DNA of 64,000 bases from Oscillospiraceae bacterium. GTDB lineage: Bacteria > Bacillota > Clostridia > Oscillospirales > Ruminococcaceae. The position numbers and the translations under genes were made by a program. The stretch is from assembly GCA_045546475.1 (NCBI GenBank), contig JAZQCT010000054.1, positions 3,342-67,341 on the forward strand, given 5' to 3'. Within the stretch, counting starts at the first letter, position 1; the number at the start of each line of letters is the position of its first letter. Under the pieces are notes generated by a model that saw nothing but the letters and a program-made list of their open reading frames with translations, was not told the origin of the DNA and did no database searches. This document shows, in pieces, positions 7,042-16,906 of the stretch.

Positions 7042-9252
7042 CTATTCCTCCGTCACTGCATCCAGCGATACGGCGGATTTTTCGAGCTGTACGACAGTGC
7101 CGCTGGATTCATCCGTATAGTTATAGACCATGATCTCCACACTCTTTGCGCCGTCGGGGATCGTGAATGTCAGGGAAAGCTGACCGTTCTCATTGAACGG
7201 ATGCTTGCCGAGTCGGGTCGTTTCGTTATGTACCCAGACACCGGCACTTCCGGTTTCTGCATTGATGGCATTCGGATCCCAGTAGCCGTAGGCAAGGTTC
7301 AGATAATTGCCGGCTTCTGCGCAGAACTGCATGGTAACAGTTCTGCCGCCGTTTCCGTTGCGGATGCGCCATTGTCCCTCCTTAGTCGCCCAGAAGCCTA
7401 CGCGGTTATCCGCTGCCGGTGCAGCAGTCCAGCCATTCAGGAGCTGCTTCAGTGCTGCCAGATCAAAGGCATTCACGCTGCCGTCCGCTGTCAGTTCTGC
7501 ATTCTCTGCGGAGATCATAGTATCGGGCTTTGCCAGCAGCCAGTCATTCAGTACACGCACATCCGCCGCGTCCACAGTACCGTCAGCATTCACATCGCCG
7601 CGCATGGTGTATTCGTCGGCCGTCAGCTCGATCTGTACCACCGTCATGGCAGGGATCTCCAGTGTGAGCTGGTTGTCCGTAATGCTGTCCACTGTCTGCA
7701 GGAGCTGGATCTTACTCGAATCCCCCGTAATGCCGTATACCTTTGCAGAACTGTACTCCGCGGAGGAATCCAGCGTGATATGGGCATTCTGCATTTCGGT
7801 CAGGCTCTTGTTGGTCAGTACCATCGTCATACGGGATTCATCCGTGCCGTCAATGGCAGCATAGACCGTACCTTTTTCAATATCCGAGGAAGAAGCTGTG
7901 AGCAGAGTATCCCCGAAAGCAGAGCCGTTTCCGTCATAGTTGGTGTAAAGATTGATCGCGGAAAGCTGATAGCTGAAATCCTCATTGAGTGCCCAGAGGT
8001 TGGACACATACACACCGTTGGACGCAAACACGCCCAGTGCGTCCGCCTGTGCAACGGCACCGGAGATCTGGTTGCCGCCGCCGAAATTATATTCCGTGAG
8101 TGCGATTTTCGTATCCGGATAATAGGTATCAATGGATTCCTGCACACGCGGGAAGATCGGCATATATTCCGGATAGTTATCCGCGAGCCAGCTGGTTTCC
8201 AGATATGTCCGGTCCCAGAGGGAACGTGCCGCCTGTACTCTTGCTTCGATGCAGGCGGTGTGCGTGGGATCCTCGCACTCCGTCACGCGGCAGTCACCCT
8301 TTGCCTCGGAGTAATAGTGTACATCAATGACATCCACAAGCCGCTTGCCGTGCGTTTCTTCAGCCTTAGCCATTTCATCCAGATAATAGGACAAAAACCA
8401 GTCATACTCCTCGGAATGGCTTTCCCAGTCAGGCGCGTTATTGAAATTCAGGTATGCCGGAAAGCCATAAAGTGCAAGCCCGAAAATCTCCGCTTTCGGA
8501 TCGACCGCCTTGATCGCTGCGGCATAGTCCACAGATTTTGTCACGATCTCCTCGCAGGTTACCTTCTCCGGATGCATTCTTGCATGGGTCGCGCTCCACA
8601 AACTCGGCTCGTTGTCAAGATTGTATGCCTGATAGCCTGTTTCGCTGGACGCGTCGCCGAGGTTCTGCACCAGGTAGTTGACATATTCGTCCATATAGAC
8701 CACGCCGTCCGTGGTATCAGGAGTCAGGGAAAATGCGCTTCCCTTCGTGGATTTGACCTCCACCCAGCGCGATGACGGCGCGATCTCCGTTTCTGTCACC
8801 TCGCCGCCGTCGTCCGCAGCGACATAGCCCGCCATCTGGATGGTTGTGATCTTGTAGGGAACATTCTTCTCTGCTGCCTCCCTTGCAAAGCCGAGTGCAG
8901 GTGCGCCGGGAATGGCAAGCTGTTCCTTATCAAAGTCTACCAGATACTGGTCGGAATAGTGCAGATAATCTCGACCGGCATTGGAAAAATTCGTTTCCCA
9001 GTTGTAGCCCGAAAAACGGTTGCCGCCCTGCCGCGCAGAGACCGCATCCGCAGGATAGAGATATTCCTCCTTGCGGAACTGGCTGTTGACACCGTAGAGA
9101 TAGGGACTGATGGCTTTGCGGCTGCCGTCCGCTTCCACCAGTACTTCAAGATCATAGGCATCTGCCGCATTCAGCTTTTGTGGTGCGGCGGCAGTCACTG
9201 CTGTTGTGCAGACAAGCAGAGCCAGTACTGCTGATGTGATTCTCTTGTGCAT
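7042..9252 (-). CDS. Secreted glycoside hydrolase (GH44-like catalytic module) with dockerin and C-terminal CBM-like module
   Basis: Signal peptide. GGNRFSGYNWETN, LDNEPSLW..TH..HP and TEYNFGGGNQISG motifs recalled from GH44. Dockerin GDVNADGTVDAADV..LTADGSVNAFDLAAL. SD before ATG 9252. Confidence 0.65.
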   Translation of the reverse strand: MHKRITSAVLALLVCTTAVTAAAPQKLNAADAYDLEVLVEADGSRKAISPYLYGVNSQFRKEEYLYPADAVSARQGGNRFSGYNWETNFSNAGRDYLHYSDQYLVDFDKEQLAIPGAPALGFAREAAEKNVPYKITTIQMAGYVAADDGGEVTETEIAPSSRWVEVKSTKGSAFSLTPDTTDGVVYMDEYVNYLVQNLGDASSETGYQAYNLDNEPSLWSATHARMHPEKVTCEEIVTKSVDYAAAIKAVDPKAEIFGLALYGFPAYLNFNNAPDWESHSEEYDWFLSYYLDEMAKAEETHGKRLVDVIDVHYYSEAKGDCRVTECEDPTHTACIEARVQAARSLWDRTYLETSWLADNYPEYMPIFPRVQESIDTYYPDTKIALTEYNFGGGNQISGAVAQADALGVFASNGVYVSNLWALNEDFSYQLSAINLYTNYDGNGSAFGDTLLTASSSDIEKGTVYAAIDGTDESRMTMVLTNKSLTEMQNAHITLDSSAEYSSAKVYGITGDSSKIQLLQTVDSITDNQLTLEIPAMTVVQIELTADEYTMRGDVNADGTVDAADVRVLNDWLLAKPDTMISAENAELTADGSVNAFDLAALKQLLNGWTAAPAADNRVGFWATKEGQWRIRNGNGGRTVTMQFCAEAGNYLNLAYGYWDPNAINAETGSAGVWVHNETTRLGKHPFNENGQLSLTFTIPDGAKSVEIMVYNYTDESSGTVVQLEKSAVSLDAVTEE

Positions 9253-9278
9253 AAGAACACCCTCTTTTCTGTTGTTCA

Positions 9279-9382
9279 TACTCCTCCCCCAAACTTTAAT
9301 GGTATAAAATAAGTTTCAAAAGGCGATAGCCTCTGGCGGCGGTGCAAATTAAAGTTATCTATTGGGATTAAGGGGATTGGTA
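9279..9382. mobile_element. MITE-like element, family 1, copy D (104 bp, internally shorter, degenerate ends)
   Basis: Ends are tactcctccccc / ggggattggta. Flanks are TCA and TTA. Contains gtttcaaaaggcgatagcc and aaattaaagttatctattgg modules. Confidence 0.55.
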
Positions 9383-9483
9383 TTATTACCTCTATTATAG
9401 CATGTTTTTGTGAATTTTTTCTAAAATTATATTACGAATCGGTGAATTACAAGGACAATATATTGAAGCTGCCAAAAAGCTAC

Positions 9484-9512
9484 TTGACAATGCATAGTAG
9501 ATGTGCTATAAT
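9484..9512 (+). promoter_or_regulatory. SigA-type promoter of the padR operon
   Basis: TTGACA-17-TATAAT (atgtgctataat). Confidence 0.6.
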
Positions 9513-9564
9513 AAAACCAAGCTACTCGGCAACACAAAGTAGCTTGTGAAAAGGAGGACGTATT

Positions 9565-9894
9565 TTGAAGGATTCACAATTGCTGCGCGGCATTCTGGAA
9601 GGGTGTGTGCTGGCAGTCATTGCCAAAGGGGAGACTTATGGCTATGAGATCCTGTCGGAGCTGGAAAAAAACGGGTTCGAAAATCTGCTGGAGGGAACGC
9701 TCTATCCCGTACTGACGCGCCTGGAGAAGAAAGCACTTATCGCCTGCAGGAAAGAAAAATCCCCGTTCGGACCGATCCGCAAATATTATTCGATCACAGA
9801 GCAGGGGCTTGCTGATCTGGCAGAATTTCAGCAGGTATATCAGAAGATCACCGCGGCAGCGGACGCGATACTGGGAAAAGGAGAGGAACAATGA
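9565..9894 (+). CDS. PadR-family transcriptional regulator
   Basis: SD aaaggagga then TTG 9565. LRGILEGCVLAVI..ETYGYEI..EGTLYPVLTRLEKK is a typical PadR winged helix. Confidence 0.85.
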   Translation: MKDSQLLRGILEGCVLAVIAKGETYGYEILSELEKNGFENLLEGTLYPVLTRLEKKALIACRKEKSPFGPIRKYYSITEQGLADLAEFQQVYQKITAAADAILGKGEEQ

Positions 9895-10949
9895 GCTATT
9901 TAATGTATGTTGACAAGCTGAATGACAGCTATCGTGAGGTGTTCAGCAAAATTGAAGTATATCTGAACAACACCTATGTGGATGACGGCACGCGGGAGGA
10001 ACAGCTCAGCGAGCTGCTCGACTGCCTGCTCAGTGCGCAGGAGGCAGGCAAGCCCGTGGAATCTGTAGTCGGGGATAATGTGCAGAAATTCTGCGAGAGC
10101 TTCTGTTCCGGCTACGACTGGAAAAACCGCCTGCTGCATTTTCTCGAAATATTGCAGACGCTTGCATGGATCACACTGTTGCTCAATGCGCTCCATCTGC
10201 TTTCCCTGCTTGCGGATCTGCCCATTGCACAGGCACTTGCAGAGGAAGGGAGCTTTCACATGTCCGCGCTCATCATCGGCGCATTGTCCGGCGTACTCAG
10301 CGGATTTGTCACCAAAAAGCTGATGTTCCGGATGAAAAAGCTCTCGCTCCATGTGCTCAATCTCATCACAGTGCTCGGTGCTGCCGTTGCCTTTGTCCTT
10401 CTGTCCGAGGCTCTGCCGGTTGATCTGCTCCCGATCCCTGTGTGGGCATATCTGCTGTTCAGCCTTTTGTACATCATCATATTCCGCATCGCCAGCCGCA
10501 AACGCCGCGCGGAACGCGAGCAGTACCGCATTTCCTTCAGTGAGATGGTCAGTGCTGAAATGGAACGAACCATTGACGAGGACATGCGGAAGGAATTTGC
10601 CAAGTACAACGAGAAAAAAGCCAAAAAAGGCAAGCCCCTCCTGACATGGGAGGAATACCTTGTACAGGTGGAAAAGCAATGCGGCAAAATGGAGAAGATG
10701 AAGGGATACTTCATGAGCCTGCCGCTGCTTACAATTGCCGGATTTCTGGTCGGCGGCTGGGCGGTCAGCGGTCTGGAGGGGATGTTTGAAGGCTTCGGAG
10801 ATCTTGTGTTCTTTATTTGCATCATTCTTGCTGTAACCTATCCCATCATGTTCGGCTTGTGGAAGATCACCCGAAAGAATGCGTCTTTGCGCCGCGCATG
10901 GCTCAGCACATCCCCGCAAGCAGACCCTTCAGACGGGACACCGACATAG
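9891..10949 (+). CDS. PadR-associated membrane protein (DUF1048-like N-domain, two TM clusters)
   Basis: ATGA overlap with padR. Soluble helical N-domain, then TM helices separated by a charged coiled segment. Confidence 0.55.
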   Translation: MSYLMYVDKLNDSYREVFSKIEVYLNNTYVDDGTREEQLSELLDCLLSAQEAGKPVESVVGDNVQKFCESFCSGYDWKNRLLHFLEILQTLAWITLLLNALHLLSLLADLPIAQALAEEGSFHMSALIIGALSGVLSGFVTKKLMFRMKKLSLHVLNLITVLGAAVAFVLLSEALPVDLLPIPVWAYLLFSLLYIIIFRIASRKRRAEREQYRISFSEMVSAEMERTIDEDMRKEFAKYNEKKAKKGKPLLTWEEYLVQVEKQCGKMEKMKGYFMSLPLLTIAGFLVGGWAVSGLEGMFEGFGDLVFFICIILAVTYPIMFGLWKITRKNASLRRAWLSTSPQADPSDGTPT

Positions 10950-11973
10950 CCGGCAGATCATAGGCGGCATCAAGCATGGCGTTGAGGTTTTCCTCGCTGT
11001 ACTCGATCTCCTTGGAGTAGTTTTTTGCAATTTCTGCACAATCTTCTGTGGAAAGTGCGCCGCTGTGCCATTTCACCGCCCAGAGCAGGGCAATGACACA
11101 GACACTCGTCACGGCAAGCACAGTGCGGGAGAGATATTCCTCATCGAATGCCCCCTTGAGCAAATACCGCCAGATAAAATATACCGCGATATTCCGCAGA
11201 TACTTCGGTATCTGCGGATTTTCTGCAAGAAAACGCTGCCTGTCCGCTGTGAGCTCCGGCAGTATTTTGATGGCATCGGCAAGCGCGGGATGCCATGCCG
11301 GACTGATGGGTTCGAGCGTCCGGAGAAACTGCAGGATCTCCGCAATGCTGCCGTGTTCTGCCGGAATTTCCGGAAGTTCTTCCGGCAGGATGAACATGCC
11401 GTTGTCCGTGCAGCTTTGCGCAGTAAGCACGAGATCAAGAGCGCGGCTCAGCCGTGCGGAAAGCGGCAGACTCTCGTCATGCAGCAGTGCAAACAGCTCC
11501 CCGCGCAGACAATGCAGGAACTCATACAGCTCCGTGTGATAGGGCGCACAGTCCTCGTCCGGCACCTCTGTTTCCGTGACGGAGAACGGTGCCTCCTGCA
11601 TCAGAATGATGCGTGCCGCCTCCTCGCAGCTCATGCCGATGCCGCCCTCCTTGACTGTGCCGAACCATTCGTAAAAACGTGGATGATCGGTGCAGATCTG
11701 ACAGAGAGCGTCTTCGCCGAGCTGGGTGTAAATATCGCAGAGATTCCGTTCATTGAGGAACGGACAGCGATCCTGCGCACCAAGAATGAAGCAGGACGGT
11801 TCTCCGAAGCAGATCTGCGCCCGCAGCCGTTCTCCGAAATCTCCCGTAACAGCGCGGTATTTCACCGCAGTCGAGTTATCAATATCAATTTCCCAGCCGA
11901 TGCAGCAGTTATCCTGACAGCGATCGGCAATGCACTGAAAGCCGTAATAATAGGATGGTACTCTAAAAATCAT
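10903..11973 (-). CDS. FliB-family Cys-rich protein (flagellin lysine-N-methylase-like)
   Basis: SD gaggta before ATG 11973. N-terminal FQCIADRCQDNCCIGWEIDID..CPFLNERNLC cysteine cluster characteristic of the FliB/YkgJ-type family. Confidence 0.55.
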   Translation of the reverse strand: MIFRVPSYYYGFQCIADRCQDNCCIGWEIDIDNSTAVKYRAVTGDFGERLRAQICFGEPSCFILGAQDRCPFLNERNLCDIYTQLGEDALCQICTDHPRFYEWFGTVKEGGIGMSCEEAARIILMQEAPFSVTETEVPDEDCAPYHTELYEFLHCLRGELFALLHDESLPLSARLSRALDLVLTAQSCTDNGMFILPEELPEIPAEHGSIAEILQFLRTLEPISPAWHPALADAIKILPELTADRQRFLAENPQIPKYLRNIAVYFIWRYLLKGAFDEEYLSRTVLAVTSVCVIALLWAVKWHSGALSTEDCAEIAKNYSKEIEYSEENLNAMLDAAYDLPAMSVSRLKGLLAGMC

Positions 11974-12080
11974 AATTACCTCACAAAAGCAGGATGCTCT
12001 GCTTGCAAGCATCCTGCGGTATGCAGATCTGCTTCGCGAAACAGGGACGTTTGACTATGGTGGATTTCCAAACGCGAAAT

Positions 12081-12252
12081 GCCAGCGCAGGCTCTGCGCC
12101 CAGTCTGTCGAAAAATCTCAATAGATTCAAAGAGCTTTGCCTTTTGGCGGGTGGAGGGTACGCAGTACCCTCCATATATAGCCCCTCCCCTCGGGGAGGG
12201 GCTGGGGTGGGGGAGTTACAGGATGACTATTCCTAAGAAAACAGACTTTTTC
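12081..12252. repeat. Composite hairpin-rich intergenic repeat
   Basis: Hairpins gcgcaggctctgcgc, gagggtacgcagtaccctc and agcccctcccctcggggaggggct. Shares a ~75-nt module with 5341-5420 in the opposite orientation. Confidence 0.65.
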
Positions 12253-12325
12253 AACAAGCTGAGCGCAGGCACTGCGCTTCATGTGCTCCATTATACCACG
12301 CCGCCTCGAAAAAAGCAACTCTATT

Positions 12326-12354
12326 TGACAAATTGTGCCTTTTGGATTATAATA
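12326..12354 (+). promoter_or_regulatory. SigA-type promoter upstream of MATE 12397
   Basis: TTGACA-17-TATAAT. Confidence 0.55.
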
Positions 12355-12396
12355 AAGTACAGTATAATGTAAAAGTATAATAAGGAGAGAATTGTT

Positions 12397-13758
12397 ATGA
12401 ACAGAACATCATCGGATTTATGCCATGGACCGATCTTCAGGAATCTGATCCTGTACACCATCCCCATCATCCTGACAGGAATACTGCAGCTCCTGTTCAA
12501 TGCTGCCGACCTTGTGGTCGTGGGCAGATACTGCGGCAGCATTTCTGTAGGTGCGGTAGGCGCGACCAGTTCCATCATCAACCTGCTTGTCAACCTCTTT
12601 ATCGGCTTATCTGTCGGTGCGGGCGTGACCGTTGCACACGGCATCGGTGCCGGACGCACTGAAGAGGTCCGCCGCATTGTCCATACTGCCATCCCCACTG
12701 CTTTCCTCAGCGGCATCGTGCTGACTTTTATCGGCATTTTTGGCGCAGAATTTTTCCTGCAGCTTATGGGAACACCGGATGATGTTCTCCGGCTTTCCAC
12801 GATCTACATGCAGACCTATTTCATCGGCATTTCTGCAAGTATGGTCTATAATTTCGGTGCTGCCATCCTCCGTGCCGCAGGCGACACCCGCAGTCCGCTG
12901 CTGTTTCTCACGGCGGCAGGCGTGCTGAATGTCATTCTCAACCTCATCTTCGTGATCTGCTTCCATATGGATGTGGCAGGCGTGGGACTTGCCACATCCA
13001 TTTCGCAGATGCTTTCCGCCGTCCTCGTGGTGATCGCCCTCATGCAGCGAGGGGATGCGTGCCGGCTCGTCCTCCGGAATATGCATATCTATGCCGGTGA
13101 GCTGCTGCGCATCGTGCGCATCGGACTGCCCGCCGGCATCCAGGGATCGCTCTTTTCCATCTCCAATGTACTAATCCAGTCCTCCATCAATTCCTTCGGT
13201 TCACTGGTCGTTTCCGGAAACGCCGCCGCCGGCAATATTGAGGGCTTTGTGTTCACGACCATGAATGCTTTCCACCAGACAGCAGTCAACTTCACCGGTC
13301 AGAACTACGGCGCGGGCAGATTCGACCGCATCCGCAGTGTGCGCACCATTTCTCTGGTCAGTGTTTTGGTGGTGGGACTGGTGTTCGGGGCGGCGGTGTA
13401 TCTCTTTGGCAGACCCCTCCTGCGCATCTATATCCCCGATTCACCGGAAGCCATTGAATTTGGTATGCTCCGTCTTGCCTGGATCTGTCTGCCCTATTTC
13501 CTCTGCGGCATGATGGACGTGATGACCGGCATGATCCGCGGACTGGATTCTTCCTTTGTGCCGATGATCATCAGCATTCTCGGTGTATGCGCCTTCCGTG
13601 TTTTCTGGATTGTCTTTATTTTCAGCATTCCGCAGTACCATACCCTTTCCTGCCTGTACCTCTCCTACACCATCTCATGGAGCCTGACCTTTGCCGCCCA
13701 GCTGATCGCCTTCCATATTGTGTGCAGAAAACGTGAATTGCAGATGGCGGGCGTGTAG
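12397..13758 (+). CDS. MATE-family efflux transporter
   Basis: 12-TM protein. LLFNAADLVVVGR.., AILRAAGDTRSP, typical MATE (NorM/DinF-like) repeats. Confidence 0.85.
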   Translation: MNRTSSDLCHGPIFRNLILYTIPIILTGILQLLFNAADLVVVGRYCGSISVGAVGATSSIINLLVNLFIGLSVGAGVTVAHGIGAGRTEEVRRIVHTAIPTAFLSGIVLTFIGIFGAEFFLQLMGTPDDVLRLSTIYMQTYFIGISASMVYNFGAAILRAAGDTRSPLLFLTAAGVLNVILNLIFVICFHMDVAGVGLATSISQMLSAVLVVIALMQRGDACRLVLRNMHIYAGELLRIVRIGLPAGIQGSLFSISNVLIQSSINSFGSLVVSGNAAAGNIEGFVFTTMNAFHQTAVNFTGQNYGAGRFDRIRSVRTISLVSVLVVGLVFGAAVYLFGRPLLRIYIPDSPEAIEFGMLRLAWICLPYFLCGMMDVMTGMIRGLDSSFVPMIISILGVCAFRVFWIVFIFSIPQYHTLSCLYLSYTISWSLTFAAQLIAFHIVCRKRELQMAGV

Positions 13759-13810
13759 GCGGGTACACCATCCCGGCAGAAATGTTTACAATTTCAGGAA
13801 CGTTTTGTTA

Positions 13811-13839
13811 TTGCATTCATTGACGCTATGTAGTATAAT
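13811..13839 (+). promoter_or_regulatory. SigA-type promoter upstream of GH5/recQ
   Basis: TTGCAT-17-TATAAT. Confidence 0.45.
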
Positions 13840-13881
13840 AAAAGTATATTGCATTTTGGATACACGAATGGAGGAACCAAT

Positions 13882-15060
13882 ATGAAAAAAAGAAAGCTGT
13901 CCGCACTTCTGCTTGCAGGAATGCTGATGCTGTCCGGATGCGGCGCGAATGCTTCTGCCCCCGCAGAACCGCTGGGCGATCTGAGCGCGGAGGAGATCAC
14001 GGAAAAAATGAATCTCGGCTGGAATCTCGGCAACACCTTCGATGCATACAGCAACGGCAGAGCGGAGGAGAATGCATGGGGCAACCCGAATGTGACCAAG
14101 GAGCTGATCCAGGCGGTCAAGGCAAACGGTTTTGACACCATCCGCATTCCTGTCAGCTACCTCGGTAGAACGGGCGAGGCTCCGGATTACACCGTGGAAG
14201 CCGCCTGGCTCGACCGCATCCAGGAGGTTGTGGATTATGCAATGGAGGCTGGTCTGTATACCATTATCAACATACACCACGACGGCAACAACGACACTGC
14301 CAACGGCGCATGGATCGACTGCACCGCAGAGGATCAGCAGCCCATTCAGGAAAAGTTCAGCAAGATCTGGGAGCAGATCGCCGCACGTTTTGCGGAGTAT
14401 GACGAGCGTCTGATCTTCGAGAGCATGAACGAGATCCACGACGGCACCTACCAGAAGCCCTCCGGTGAAAGCGGACAGCGGTTCTATGACAATATCAACG
14501 CCCTCAACCAGGTGTTTGTGGATACCGTCCGCGCATCCGGCGGAAAGAATGCAAGCCGCTGGCTGCTGGTGCCCGGCTACAATACGAATATTGACTATAC
14601 CATCGAGGGCTTCGTGCTTCCGGAGGATCCTGCGGAAAACCGCCTGATGGTGTCCGCACATTTCTATGATCCCTACCAGTATGCACTGGAGGAAAATTTC
14701 AATACCACTGTCTGGGGCAAGGATGCAGAGGGAAACTGCGGCTGGGGCAATGAAGACTATGTGGACGCGCAGTTTGCCAAGCTGGAAAGTACCTATGTGG
14801 ACAACGGCATTCCGGTCATTATCGGCGAATACGGTGCCATTGATAAGCACAATGACGAGTACCGGAATTATTATATGGAGTATGTGACAAAGTCCGCGCT
14901 TGACCATGACCTGGTTCCCGTGTACTGGGACAACGGCTATGACGGCGATTTCGGCTTTGCGATCTTTGACAGAGCGAACGGCGGCGTTCTTCACAAAGAA
15001 CTGCTCGATGCCATGAACAGAGCATCCTCCGGCAAGGATTATACGGTGAAGGCTCCGTGA
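13882..15060 (+). CDS. GH5 endo-beta-glucanase lipoprotein
   Basis: SD ggagga before ATG 13882. Lipobox LSGC. NLGWNLGNTFDA, TIRIPVSY, INIHHD, FESMNEI (acid/base), IIGEYGA (nucleophile). Confidence 0.85.
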   Translation: MKKRKLSALLLAGMLMLSGCGANASAPAEPLGDLSAEEITEKMNLGWNLGNTFDAYSNGRAEENAWGNPNVTKELIQAVKANGFDTIRIPVSYLGRTGEAPDYTVEAAWLDRIQEVVDYAMEAGLYTIINIHHDGNNDTANGAWIDCTAEDQQPIQEKFSKIWEQIAARFAEYDERLIFESMNEIHDGTYQKPSGESGQRFYDNINALNQVFVDTVRASGGKNASRWLLVPGYNTNIDYTIEGFVLPEDPAENRLMVSAHFYDPYQYALEENFNTTVWGKDAEGNCGWGNEDYVDAQFAKLESTYVDNGIPVIIGEYGAIDKHNDEYRNYYMEYVTKSALDHDLVPVYWDNGYDGDFGFAIFDRANGGVLHKELLDAMNRASSGKDYTVKAP

Positions 15061-16895
15061 CACCGCAGGAAATTTTACAGCAGTATTTTGGTTATGCGCA
15101 GTTCCGCAGGGGACAGGAGGAGCTGATCTGCAATATCCTCTCCGGCAGGGATACGGTCGGCATCATGCCCACCGGTGCCGGAAAATCCATCTGCTACCAG
15201 GTACCCGCCCTCATGCTGGAGGGGCTGACCATCGTGATCTCGCCCCTCATTTCCCTCATGCAGGATCAGGTCGATACCCTGCGCATGAACGGCATCCCGG
15301 CAGCATTTCTCAACAGTGCCCTCTCTGCGGAGGAGTACCGCAGCACGCTCTCGCTGGTCTACAGCGGCGGTGTGAAGATCCTTTACGCCGCTCCGGAACG
15401 CCTTGAAACCGAGAGCTTTCTGCATATTGCCCAGCAGATCCCCATTTCCATGGTGACTGTGGACGAAGCGCACTGCGTTTCTCAATGGGGACAGGACTTC
15501 CGTCCGAGCTATCTGAAGATCATCGAGTTTCTGCGCCTTCTCCCATACCGCCCGCGCATCAGCGCGTTCACCGCAACGGCAACACAGACGGTCTGTGAGG
15601 ACATCGTGCGCATCCTCGGACTGCAGGATCCCTTCACGATGACCACGGGCTTTGACCGTGAGAATCTCTATTTCGGTGTGCAGCAGCCCCGCGACAAATT
15701 CCGCGCGCTTCTGGAGATCATCAGCTCCCATCCGAACCAGTCCGGCATCGTCTACTGCCTGACCCGGAAGCTGGTCGAGCAGGTCTGTGAGGATCTGTGC
15801 GAGAACGGCATTTCTGCCGCACGCTACCACGCAGGACTCCCCGACGAGGAACGCCGTGCCAATCAGGAGGCATTCCTCTATGACCGCATTCCCGTCATGG
15901 TTGCCACGAATGCATTCGGCATGGGCATTGACAAGTCAAATGTGAGCTTTGTCGTGCATTACAATATGCCCAAAAACCTGGAGAGCTATTACCAGGAGGC
16001 GGGGCGTGCCGGACGTGACGGCAGCCCGGCGGACTGCATTCTCCTCTACAGCGGTCAGGATGTCCGGACAAACCAGTTCATGATCAGCCACGGCAATGAC
16101 AATACGGAGCTGAGCGAAGCTGCCCGCGCGGTGATCCGTCAGCAGGATGAGGAACGCCTGAAAAAAATGACCTTTTATGCCACCCGCCAGAGCTGTCTGC
16201 GGCAGTACATGCTGGAATATTTCGGAGAGCAGTCCAGGGGCTTCTGCGGGAACTGCAGCTGCTGCAAAGGCAATTATGAGCAGCGTGACATGACAGTCGA
16301 GGCACAGAAGATCATCTCCTGCATCTATCGGCTCCAGCAAAGGGATCTGCAGTTCGGCGCCGCCGCCCTGACGGATATTCTTCGGGGAAGCAAGGCGGAG
16401 AAATATGCAAAATTCCGCTTTGCGGACACGCTGTCCACCTTCGGCATCATGGAGGAGGTCTCCGCAAAGCTCTGCCGAGATATGATACAGCATCTGCTGG
16501 CGGAGGAGTGGATCTCCCAGGCAGGGGAATACCATGTCCTCACACTCAACCGCAATTCCGCAAGGCTTCTGCGTGAAAAATGCACTGTTTCCCTGAATGT
16601 GCTGAAGGAGGCACCACCGCCGGAGAAGAAAGCCTCGCGGAATGCTGTCGAAGCCTCCGATCCCGCCCTTTTTGAGAAGCTCAAGGAGTGCCGCGCAGGT
16701 CTTGCCGCGAAGGAACGTGTTCCGGCGTATATCATCTTTACTGATGCCTCCCTGCGTGACATGTGCGAAAAGCGTCCCCTGAATGAAATGGCGTTCCTCG
16801 CCGTGTCCGGCGTGGGACGCAGAAAGCTGGAAAAATACGGTGAAGCCTTCATGGATGTGATCCGTACCTACATAAAAGAAAACCCCGAACGATAA
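15057..16895 (+). CDS. recQ: ATP-dependent DNA helicase RecQ
   Basis: GTG start in a GTGA overlap with GH5. FGYAQFRRGQEE, MPTGAGKS, VDEAHCVSQWGQDFRP, Zn-binding Cys cluster, C-terminal HRDC. Confidence 0.95.
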   Translation: MTPQEILQQYFGYAQFRRGQEELICNILSGRDTVGIMPTGAGKSICYQVPALMLEGLTIVISPLISLMQDQVDTLRMNGIPAAFLNSALSAEEYRSTLSLVYSGGVKILYAAPERLETESFLHIAQQIPISMVTVDEAHCVSQWGQDFRPSYLKIIEFLRLLPYRPRISAFTATATQTVCEDIVRILGLQDPFTMTTGFDRENLYFGVQQPRDKFRALLEIISSHPNQSGIVYCLTRKLVEQVCEDLCENGISAARYHAGLPDEERRANQEAFLYDRIPVMVATNAFGMGIDKSNVSFVVHYNMPKNLESYYQEAGRAGRDGSPADCILLYSGQDVRTNQFMISHGNDNTELSEAARAVIRQQDEERLKKMTFYATRQSCLRQYMLEYFGEQSRGFCGNCSCCKGNYEQRDMTVEAQKIISCIYRLQQRDLQFGAAALTDILRGSKAEKYAKFRFADTLSTFGIMEEVSAKLCRDMIQHLLAEEWISQAGEYHVLTLNRNSARLLREKCTVSLNVLKEAPPPEKKASRNAVEASDPALFEKLKECRAGLAAKERVPAYIIFTDASLRDMCEKRPLNEMAFLAVSGVGRRKLEKYGEAFMDVIRTYIKENPER

Positions 16896-16906
16896 GGAGC
16901 AGATTT

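Noticed and set aside
9253-9279. Longer GH44 N-terminus starting at ATG 9279.
   Set aside because: The SD (agagggtg) sits between the two ATGs and serves ATG 9252. ATG 9279 also lies on the edge of the MITE-like element.
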